Below are positions 1 through 7,609 of a DNA stretch of 36,125 nucleotides, one piece after another. The notes below the pieces were generated by a model. That model was given only the letters and a program-made list of their open reading frames with translations, had not been told where the DNA came from and made no database searches. Numbering within the stretch: the stretch's first letter is position 1; each line of letters begins with the position of its first letter. A program made the position numbers and the translations under genes. This DNA is from Oligoflexales bacterium (GTDB taxonomy: Bacteria; Bdellovibrionota_B; Oligoflexia; Oligoflexales; CAIYRB01): contig JBGSUI010000023.1 in the NCBI GenBank assembly GCA_041736175.1, positions 1 through 36,125 of the forward strand. The letters are read 5' to 3'.

Positions 1-139
1 TCGGGCTACCCAAAAAGATGGTCGTCTCGAATTGATTTATAAGGGGGGATCATTGCTTAATCATGACAGAATATACAGCAAAAAGTCAATGGGTCAATTT
101 AGCTGAGCGCTGGTGGGTCAATTTAGGTGAGCGCTATAG
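1..139 (+). mobile_element. Probable right end of an IS (IS21-like subterminal repeats), running off the window start
   Basis: Two 22-bp direct repeats TGGGTCAATTTAG(C/G)TGAGCGCT at 90-111 and 114-135 resemble the GGGTCAATTT-type repeats at IS21-family ends. A + frame (2..106, ...KSMGQFS*) stops inside the first repeat. The family call is from memory only. Confidence 0.45.
90..135 (+). repeat. Tandem 22-bp direct repeat, period 24, 1 mismatch
   Basis: tgggtcaatttagctgagcgct (90-111) vs tgggtcaatttaggtgagcgct (114-135), read directly from the sequence. Confidence 0.95.
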
Positions 140-1557
140 CCCTCGAAATGCTCCAAGTCCCGTCCAGCGAAATGCTTCTTAGACTCTCGGAAATCAATGA
201 GATTTTCAATGTCTAGCGAAAATTGTTTGAACGCCTCTTTAGGGTTCTCGCTATCAAAGAGAGTCTCAATTGCACCCAGTAGGCTTTGAGTTTGTACCTT
301 GCGGGAGATTGTACCAGCCGTCAGCAGCGGTTGGTTCGCTTGGGCAAGACGAAGTTGTTCTGGCTGGATAAGGAGGGCGTGGTCTACCAACACGCTCAGG
401 ATCACGCCTCGGCGTGCTCCATCAAGGCCTTGTTGGCAGGCCGCCCTACCCCATCCACCATACTCCTTCCAATCTTGGTTGAAAACTTCAATTAGCCACC
501 TATTTGCATATTTCCGGACGACGTCCAGAGCTCGCCAAGACATGTCAGTTGCTGCCAGATATCTGAATTCCTTTGTGTCGTCATATTTGATCGCAACGAC
601 CAAAAGCTTTCGGTTAAGGGATTTCACAAACACTCTCGCCGCAGCGAAATAGACCGTGACTGGTGCGGCCCCTCTCAAATTGATGGTGGTCATTTGAGTC
701 ACAGCGTTTTCGAACATCTTTTCTAGGGATTTGAATGGTTTATTCCCGACGCGCACCATTTGAGTACTTTTCAATTGTGAGATCACCTGTGCATTTCCGA
801 AGGTAGATCGACACTCTTTTATGAAAAACCTCGACATATAGGCGGCATCAGCAAGAATCGACTTCAGGACAAACCTAGACTGTGTCATGGTCTTAAATCG
901 TCGCAGCAGTCGTCCAAATATTTCCACTTTGGTGGGAAATTGTTTGTCTTTAAGGGGTTTTTTCGGCCTTGCTGATTTCTTTATCCCCATTTCTTTAAGA
1001 GTTTTATCTTCCTCTTTCCATGCCTTTAATTTTGGATCTACAACAAAAAAATCGAATCCGACTGGGATAGTGACATATTTTGTGACCAAAATAATAAAAA
1101 CAAGCTCTTGAGCCATCACAAATCCATGAGTCTTTTTATCCAAAATTTTTTGAACACCATGTAGTTTCGTGGTATTTTTGGAGCGTTTTCGATCTGTATC
1201 ATCTACCACCAAATCGCCTTCGGTGACCTTCAAGGCATCTAAGACAACCATAGCACTAAAATGGATAAGATAGGACCATGCTATTTTTGATGAGTGAAAC
1301 ATCCAACTCAATGCGCGAGCCTTATAGGAGCCTAATGAGCTTGATTGCATGCGGGTCCAAAGAATGGATCCGGTGACAAGTATTCCGGTTATACAAAATC
1401 CAAGCCAATACCGCTGAGTTTTTGACAGTTTCTTATGTCCAGATTTTACGAGATGGTCGTTAATATTTTCGATGTGGGACCTGACATGTGGCAAAACCTC
1501 TCTAAACAACATATGGTCACCTTTGTATCTTGGGGATTCAAAGGCGATTCTACTCAC
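118..1557 (-). CDS. DDE transposase, IS701/IS4 superfamily
   Basis: DDE motifs LVVDDTDRKRSK, ILADAAY and YANRWLIEVFNQDWK (Y-x2-R-x2-IE signature); YLAATDMSW precedes the last motif. The start may be the internal ATG (MLFREV). Confidence 0.88.
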   Translation of the reverse strand: MSRIAFESPRYKGDHMLFREVLPHVRSHIENINDHLVKSGHKKLSKTQRYWLGFCITGILVTGSILWTRMQSSSLGSYKARALSWMFHSSKIAWSYLIHFSAMVVLDALKVTEGDLVVDDTDRKRSKNTTKLHGVQKILDKKTHGFVMAQELVFIILVTKYVTIPVGFDFFVVDPKLKAWKEEDKTLKEMGIKKSARPKKPLKDKQFPTKVEIFGRLLRRFKTMTQSRFVLKSILADAAYMSRFFIKECRSTFGNAQVISQLKSTQMVRVGNKPFKSLEKMFENAVTQMTTINLRGAAPVTVYFAAARVFVKSLNRKLLVVAIKYDDTKEFRYLAATDMSWRALDVVRKYANRWLIEVFNQDWKEYGGWGRAACQQGLDGARRGVILSVLVDHALLIQPEQLRLAQANQPLLTAGTISRKVQTQSLLGAIETLFDSENPKEAFKQFSLDIENLIDFRESKKHFAGRDLEHFEGYSAHLN

Positions 1558-1677
1558 AAAATCAATCTTAGTATCTGTAAATATTAGTGAATATCTAAAT
1601 ATTTTTTTAAAAAATTTGTTACATATTCAAATTACTATTGGCTTTTTACCAACTAAAAAAACTTCCGACTCGAGTTA
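140..1677 (-). mobile_element. IS701-like insertion sequence; candidate left terminus near 1661-1677, right terminus not seen
   Basis: Transposase plus AT-rich leader 1558-1660. Candidate terminal sequence TAACTCGAGTCGGAAGT (minus strand, 1677-1661) has no inverted partner in 1-140, so the boundary is tentative. Confidence 0.5.
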
Positions 1678-1830
1678 ATATTCATAAATTTGAAATTAAA
1701 TATGTTCTTTCAAATAGTTATACCTTAGTTTAGCTCCATAACTTGGCCACCAGACCGCTTTATTAAAATCCAGTCCGCGCCCCGAGGTTTGAAAAGAATG
1801 ACGTTGGTCAAAAATTGCTCAGAGCTGTAC

Positions 1831-2022
1831 GAATGTATTCCGATCGAAGTTAAAAACAATCACACTAAATCCAAGAGCCTTGACTCCTTTAACAAAGATT
1901 TTAACCCACCATTTTCAATCAAGTTTTCTAACAAACGTGGCGATGTGGGCGCTTCGCTCCGGCACTATCCTATTTATTTGACCGGTGCAAGTCTGAGGCA
2001 AAACCTACGCGCTGGCTTGTAA
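1831..2022 (+). pseudogene. C-terminal remnant of an AAA_14/DUF4143 ATP-binding protein
   Basis: ECIPIEVKNNHTKSKSLDSFNKDFNPPFSIKFS...HYPIYL matches the characteristic DUF4143 tail (IPIEVK...SKSL..F......YPLYL). No N-terminal part is present upstream. Confidence 0.7.
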
Positions 2023-2259
2023 AAAGCACAGCTCTCAGTAAATAAAATGCGAGTCATATTTTTAATATTTGTTTAAATTAAAATATATTCTCATAAAATA
2101 CCCCCATGATCTAAGATTCTAGAGATTTTCACTGGACTTTTACACACCCACCCCAGCAGCTTGCGCAATCACCCTGATTTGAGGATGAATTGTAGGGGGA
2201 TTTTGTCTAGTATAGATTTAGGATGATCACTGTCCTATCCATGTAGAGAATCGAGACCT

Positions 2260-3300
2260 ATGGCACCCATCAAATTCCTTAAGCCTTCGCGTTCCCTGGT
2301 GATCCTAATCCTAGCAATCGTAGGGGGCGGCGGACCCTCACCCTTGGTCTGGGCTCAGAGTCCACCCCCACCCAAAACTGACAACATAACCCCGCCTCCT
2401 CCTGCCACTAAGCCAGAGCCCGCGAAGCCGGGGGAAGATGCTACAGGGCTTTTGTTTGCTCCCGAGGAGGACGACGAAGCCGGTGATCCACAGCCAGTTA
2501 AATCACCTGTGGGCCCTCCCGCACCAGGGACCATCACTCCCCCGAGAACGACCACTCCCGCGACTCCTCTTACCAACTCCCAAAAAATCCATCAGGAACG
2601 GATTGCTCCTAAAAAACACACCTCTAAACATGTTTTTGGCCAATACCGGGTAAGAATCGGCGGTGCTAAACCGACCTTTACTAAAGATCTGAAGTTTTAC
2701 GACGCCTTTTATGGATCTCCCTCCTATTACCCCACGATCAGTGCTGACTGGTATGCTTTTGATTGGTATGCAACCTTTGGACTGTCGGTCCGTTCGGGGT
2801 TTTATTCGGACGAAGGTAAGGCCGCACGGGGAGTCCAGGGAGGGCGAACCGTCTCTAAAGAAGAGGTGACCGCCGACAATATCGAAGTCGACAAACAGGC
2901 ATCCACCACCCTGACCCTCCTTCCCGTCCAACTCTGTGCCATCGTCCAATTTACCCCGTTTGATAAAAAATGGTTGGTTTTAGACGGCTGGTTCGGTATG
3001 GAGCGCCTTTATTTTCAAGAAGTGAGAGCTAGCAACCAAGCCGCAACGACTCAAACCAGCTCAACCAATAGTGATACTGCTCTGACCAACAACGGTTTCA
3101 AAGGCAGTGTCCTCTATGGCTTTGGGGCAAATCTTCGGATCGATGCCCTCGATGAAAAGTCAGCTCTGTCCATGCGAAATATGGGGCTTTCGGCTGTATA
3201 CCTGAGTCCCTATATGGAACAGGTCCAGCAAACTGACAAAGGCGCAAACTTTAGCCGCACCGTCTTGGGCCTGGCTTTTGTGTTTGAGTCAACCCTTTAG
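2260..3300 (+). CDS. Exported outer-membrane beta-barrel protein with Pro-rich N-terminal linker (resembles myxobacterial MXAN_2562 family)
   Basis: Signal peptide ending VWA|QS, about 80-aa Pro/Thr-rich linker, then amphipathic strands TTLTLLPV, GFGANLRIDALDEKSA...GLSAVYL and a terminal LGLAFVFE strand. Confidence 0.65.
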   Translation: MAPIKFLKPSRSLVILILAIVGGGGPSPLVWAQSPPPPKTDNITPPPPATKPEPAKPGEDATGLLFAPEEDDEAGDPQPVKSPVGPPAPGTITPPRTTTPATPLTNSQKIHQERIAPKKHTSKHVFGQYRVRIGGAKPTFTKDLKFYDAFYGSPSYYPTISADWYAFDWYATFGLSVRSGFYSDEGKAARGVQGGRTVSKEEVTADNIEVDKQASTTLTLLPVQLCAIVQFTPFDKKWLVLDGWFGMERLYFQEVRASNQAATTQTSSTNSDTALTNNGFKGSVLYGFGANLRIDALDEKSALSMRNMGLSAVYLSPYMEQVQQTDKGANFSRTVLGLAFVFESTL

Positions 3301-3314
3301 AGATTACTAAGACC

Positions 3315-4823
3315 TTACGAAAATAGATCTCTTGCAGTGATTGTTCGAGCGATGCTGCGACGTGAGTATTCGTTTTCTACAAGTCCTGAAGGGGAGACCA
3401 ACACGAAAAAGACGCTCCCTTGTGATGTTGTGGAACCCATATAGGCACGGAGTTTATTTGCCAGATTTTCGGCATAGCTGGCAGTGACTTTAAAAGGTTG
3501 GTCATAGTACTTGATCTCGCAGAGCGTCGTCACTCCATCATCTCGGTCTAGGACAAGATCAATTTGGGCTCCACGGTCTGCCGCCGTATCAGGGACCGAT
3601 CTCATACCGCGGCCTAGGGGCCGTCTTTTCTGCCAGACTGAAGCACGAACCACTATAGCCGAGAGGCCCAAAGCCTTTTTGATCTGTGGGATATGCTTTA
3701 TGCAGGCATTTTCAAATGCGTGGCCGGACCAAACCTCATAGGCTTGGGTTTTTCGCTGTAGGACAAAATAATCGTCTTTTGGCCCCGGCCCGAGGGGCCC
3801 GGTCCCTGCCGGAGCTATCCATCGCAGATGGAAGAGGCAAAACTCATCGATGACTCGGTAGCAGGGGGTTTCTCGACGACCATCGGAGATCGGAACTGTC
3901 GCAATAAACCCAGCTGCCTCCAGTTCATTTAACCACACATCGATGCGCCCACCTTTAGGGAGCTGCGTCAGGTCCATAAGTTCTGCCCGGGAAAGTCCCC
4001 GCCGCTTTGTGGCAAAGGCTGTGACTATTTTTTCATGATGGGTCCCGTCCTCAAAGAGAGATTTAAAGAGCTTTTCGAATTCGTCGTTAAGAGCTCCTCC
4101 GCCGAAACAAAGGCGCGAAATGGCCTGAGAAGGCGACTCTCCTGGTAGGACCATATCAAGATAGAAAGGCACCCCTCCCAAGGCAAGAAACAACTCGATA
4201 ACATGCTCTGGTGAGTAAACAATTCCTTTAGATAAGAGCAGAGCAGCTGACTCGCCAAAAGTAAAGGGAGTTAGCTTTATGATCTCGGTAAGGCGGTTGT
4301 GGAGTGATCCCCGTGCCATAACTATTTTTTTGAGCATCCACGATGCTGCACTGCCCGCCACGACCAGTTTCACTTGAGAGATATAACTTAGCTCCGTATT
4401 CCACGCGTGACCTAGGGCTTCTAAAAGACCTGATTTAGGTGTCGACAGCCAAGGTAGTTCGTCGAAAAATAGGAGCAACTTCCCATGAGGATCTTCTTTG
4501 ACGGCTTGTCTGACGGCCGAGACCAGCAGGATAAACCCATCCCGCCATGACTTTACGTCGGGGCCGCGAATACCCCCGAAAAAAGCATTTTCAACACCAC
4601 GCTGGAAGGTGGAGATCTGGGTCCGCATCGGTTGCCCCTTTTCGCCGGTGATGATAAGCCGCCTCGTCCTCGCTTCCTCAAAGAAGGTACGGATCAAAAA
4701 GGTTTTTCCTACGCGAAGTCTTCCGTAGACGGCCATAAACTCAGCTCGTTCGGAAGCTAGTCTTCTTTTTAGGATCTCAACTTCCCTTTGCCGCCCTACA
4801 ATAGCAGTCTGCGTCTGGCTCAC
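3315..4823 (-). CDS. Archaeal-type AAA ATPase (ATPase_2/COG1672) with wHTH and C-terminal PD-(D/E)XK nuclease-like domain
   Basis: IVGRQRE start, Walker A GRLRVGKT, Walker B LLFFDELPWL, GSAASWM, GGVPFYL, W-x-GHAFE, and GAQIDLVLDRDDGVTTLCEIKY (D...EIK). Confidence 0.9.
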   Translation of the reverse strand: MSQTQTAIVGRQREVEILKRRLASERAEFMAVYGRLRVGKTFLIRTFFEEARTRRLIITGEKGQPMRTQISTFQRGVENAFFGGIRGPDVKSWRDGFILLVSAVRQAVKEDPHGKLLLFFDELPWLSTPKSGLLEALGHAWNTELSYISQVKLVVAGSAASWMLKKIVMARGSLHNRLTEIIKLTPFTFGESAALLLSKGIVYSPEHVIELFLALGGVPFYLDMVLPGESPSQAISRLCFGGGALNDEFEKLFKSLFEDGTHHEKIVTAFATKRRGLSRAELMDLTQLPKGGRIDVWLNELEAAGFIATVPISDGRRETPCYRVIDEFCLFHLRWIAPAGTGPLGPGPKDDYFVLQRKTQAYEVWSGHAFENACIKHIPQIKKALGLSAIVVRASVWQKRRPLGRGMRSVPDTAADRGAQIDLVLDRDDGVTTLCEIKYYDQPFKVTASYAENLANKLRAYMGSTTSQGSVFFVLVSPSGLVENEYSRRSIARTITARDLFS

Positions 4824-4876
4824 CCTTTGCCTCTTATTTAACTATCAGTAATTTATGATATTTATCACGTCCCCTC

Positions 4877-4968
4877 AAGTTAGGACTCGGATAGATATTA
4901 TCATAGTCCTAACTGCATTCATAATCATGAAGTTAGGACTCTTATAAGAAATATCCGAGTCCTAACTT
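4877..4968. repeat. Four-box alternating inverted-repeat array (AGTTAGGACT) upstream of the ATPase
   Basis: Boxes at 4878-4887 (fwd), 4905-4914 (rev), 4931-4940 (fwd), 4958-4967 (rev), with spacers of 17/16/17 nt. The outer 17-bp inverted repeat is perfect (4877-4893 / 4952-4968). Confidence 0.95.
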
Positions 4969-5026
4969 ATAAAATACCAAATAATTGATGTAAAATAAGG
5001 ATGATAGCCATCCACAAACTCCAAAA

Positions 5027-6406
5027 TCATGCTGCTTTCTTGTCCACGCTAGGGCTGGCCAAGACAAGACGAAAGGCCGTGGGATTCTTAAGGTTTACCA
5101 ATATCAACTGGCCACCTTGGGCCTCCATCAGGGTCTTCGATAGACTCAGCCCTAAACCAGTTCCCTTGCCCACCTCTTTAGTCGTAAAGAAGGGATCCAT
5201 AATCCTCTCGGCATTTGCCACGGAAATCCCCGGTCCGTTGTCAGAAATTTCAATCCCAATCCCGGTGGAGCTACGGATCGCCACGATCTCGATCCAGGCG
5301 GGTTCCGAGGGGGGCGTTTCTAATAGGGCGTCCCTTGAGTTGGTTAAAAGATTCATCACAGCTTGTTGAAAATGCCCGCGGGAACCCTGGGACTCGACCT
5401 CCGAATCCAACGCTTCAAGCTGGCTCTTTATAGTAATTCCATGTTTAGCCATCGAGTCAAAACACATACTGACGGTTTCGAGAATAGCCTTCTTAACGTC
5501 AAACCGGTTTTTGTCGCCGCTATCGGCTCGGGATAGACTCAGCATGCTATGGGTTATTTGGGAGATCCTCTGGGTCGTTTGAATAATCCCATCGAGGTGC
5601 TTGCGTACAAATTCATCCGATATCCCCTGCTTTTTTTGATACTCTCCAATGATTTCGGCTTTTCCACGGATAATGGCGACGGGATTGTTGATTTCATGGG
5701 CTATGCCCCCGGCGAGTTGGCCGATGGCGGCAAACTTTCCGACCTGGGCAATCGCTTTGATTTGCTGTTCTCGGGCCGTAAATTGGGCCATCGTCGCCTT
5801 GATGTATTGGTTAACATTATTGTTAAAATACAGGATCAACCAGCTCATCCCAATGGAGCAAAATCCCATCACAAAATAATTGATAGCTGGAACGTTTTCA
5901 AGATTGATAAAATAACCCTGCTTTGGAAAAAGCATCGCTGCACAAAAACAAACTACTGTCAAAATATAAACAGACACCATCCTGATTTTTTCGGTACTCC
6001 AGTCAAAAATAGCACAGACTAAAGCCAAGGATATGGGGAGTAAGTTTCCAAAGGCCTCAAGGGATCCCAGACCCCACATGGTCAATACGATAAGCACATT
6101 GCAGACCACAATAAATGCAACTCTCGAATAGCCAACATAACCCCATTTATTCAGTAACAATGGAATAAAAAAGGGAAAAATGGCAAAGACATCCCATACC
6201 ACTTCAATATAGGATTGGCGTAGAAAATCAGCGATTGAAAAAACCACAAACAAAATAATCGCCAGCACACAGAATCCATTTACCAACCGGATTTTATGGG
6301 CAGAATTTTCGGGGGTCTTTGAATTGATTCCAAACTGCGTGCAGGTCGAAAAACCATTTTTTATTTTGTTCAGATGAGAACCAAGATTTGTGCTGAGAAA
6401 ACCCAT
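5027..6406 (-). CDS. Membrane sensor histidine kinase (HisKA + HATPase_c, NtrB-like)
   Basis: About 6 N-terminal TM segments; H-box GQLAGGIAHEINNP; N-box QAVMNLLTNSRDA; G1 DNGPGI; F/G2 DPFFTTKEVGKGTGLGLS. No cognate response regulator in the window. Confidence 0.93.
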   Translation of the reverse strand: MGFLSTNLGSHLNKIKNGFSTCTQFGINSKTPENSAHKIRLVNGFCVLAIILFVVFSIADFLRQSYIEVVWDVFAIFPFFIPLLLNKWGYVGYSRVAFIVVCNVLIVLTMWGLGSLEAFGNLLPISLALVCAIFDWSTEKIRMVSVYILTVVCFCAAMLFPKQGYFINLENVPAINYFVMGFCSIGMSWLILYFNNNVNQYIKATMAQFTAREQQIKAIAQVGKFAAIGQLAGGIAHEINNPVAIIRGKAEIIGEYQKKQGISDEFVRKHLDGIIQTTQRISQITHSMLSLSRADSGDKNRFDVKKAILETVSMCFDSMAKHGITIKSQLEALDSEVESQGSRGHFQQAVMNLLTNSRDALLETPPSEPAWIEIVAIRSSTGIGIEISDNGPGISVANAERIMDPFFTTKEVGKGTGLGLSLSKTLMEAQGGQLILVNLKNPTAFRLVLASPSVDKKAA

Positions 6407-6447
6407 AGACCGTTGGAAACCTCGCTGGAGACATGAATTCTGTTATG

Positions 6448-6475
6448 GTTTCGGTAAGGTTTCTTTTAAACTGTA
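6448..6475 (-). promoter_or_regulatory. Possible sigma28 (FliA)-like promoter of the histidine kinase
   Basis: Minus strand TACAGTTT-N12-ACCGAAAC, about 40 bp upstream of the ATG; same spacing as the stronger site at 11016-11043. Confidence 0.4.
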
Positions 6476-6504
6476 TTTTTGAAATTATCAAAAATACTAA
6501 ATTT

Positions 6505-7410
6505 TTAGAATTTCCAGTTTATCTCAAAAGACTTAAAACAGTCAGCCTCAAAATCTTCTAATGGGCTTATCTCCTTCAGGTATTTTGAAACATCTTCAAT
6601 AATATTGAAATAGTCTGCTGCTATTTTAACATCAGAGTTAGAAATAAGTTCATATTTTTGAAGTGCTGACGACCAAGAAAAGTTCGCGTTTATATCTAGA
6701 CCCTCTTCACCAATCATTCCAGACACGGCGTCACAGAAATTTGCACTAATACCAGTTTTTATGACTTCCTTGAAAATCTCAATATCTTTTTTACTTGCAT
6801 ATTCAACCGTAGATTTCAAAAGTGCATTTAGAGACGAATGTAATTTTTCGGTAACTAAGCGTGAAAAAGGAGTCTCTCTTAATTTATCGGAGCGGGGAGC
6901 AACTGGAGACAAAATAGTTACAATATAACGCCCCTCTTCGGACTGACCAAATTTTGTTTGTTTGAGATAATCATTTACAGCTTTTGGGCGTCCACCTCGA
7001 TAAAACGGTTTCGGCGAATTAGTGGAATAGGCAGATGCTGCGACTAAATCGTATGCTTTAGAATACATTCTAGCACCAATCTCAATGGGGATATTTCCAT
7101 TTTTAATTCCGCTGTGATTCACACTAATCCTAATACAATCAAAATTAGCCCTAGAAACATCCCTATATATCTGACTCTGATCTCTGGCCTCGACATCTTC
7201 CAATGTGCGCAATGCCTCAAATATTCGTAATGGATAATCTCTTAAGCTAGGATCAACTGGAATTAAAATTTCCTCATCATCCTTAATCCATACTGAAGTT
7301 TGTTCATCATTATCTTTAAGTTCGTGCCAGTGATTAGAGGACAAATACGAAGAGAAGCTTAAAGGACTTAACTTTTGTAGTGCGTCTTTATCGCGAATAG
7401 TCGTTTTCAT
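6505..7410 (-). CDS. Low-GC conserved hypothetical protein, probably C-terminally truncated
   Basis: Visibly AT-rich versus its neighbours. Motifs YL...W, EILIP...DY..RI.EA, FGQSE.G.Y..TI.SP, PFSRLVT and GISANFCDA recall a family usually found downstream of DUF4365 genes. Ends abruptly after PLEDFE. Confidence 0.6.
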   Translation of the reverse strand: MKTTIRDKDALQKLSPLSFSSYLSSNHWHELKDNDEQTSVWIKDDEEILIPVDPSLRDYPLRIFEALRTLEDVEARDQSQIYRDVSRANFDCIRISVNHSGIKNGNIPIEIGARMYSKAYDLVAASAYSTNSPKPFYRGGRPKAVNDYLKQTKFGQSEEGRYIVTILSPVAPRSDKLRETPFSRLVTEKLHSSLNALLKSTVEYASKKDIEIFKEVIKTGISANFCDAVSGMIGEEGLDINANFSWSSALQKYELISNSDVKIAADYFNIIEDVSKYLKEISPLEDFEADCFKSFEINWKF

Positions 7411-7609
7411 AACGCGCCTCTTTCCTGTTAATTTCTCCTCATAATTTCGATCAATATATCAACACTAAATCCATGTATTACTTTATACTATATTGTCATT
7501 AAGTAAGTAATACTATTTTTACTATATAATATCATCAGTTTATCAGTGTCCACAGAGCATCCTAGTGACTCTCTTAAAAATGGATTCGTCGCCCTTCTTG
7601 AGGATCACG

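Noticed and set aside
1720..1830. Possible degraded IS3/IS481-type end (LGHQT-like peptide, GGTCAAAAATTGCTCAGAGCTGTAC) before the DUF4143 remnant
   Set aside because: Similarity is too short and needs a frameshift; no partner inverted repeat seen.
1789..2022. 77-aa ORF as an intact small gene
   Set aside because: TTG start with no clear RBS, and the first ~14 residues are unrelated to the family; better explained as a pseudogene tail.
4877..4968. CRISPR mini-array interpretation of the palindromic boxes
   Set aside because: Boxes are only 10-12 bp and alternate in orientation, spacers are 16-17 nt and related to each other, and there are no cas genes.
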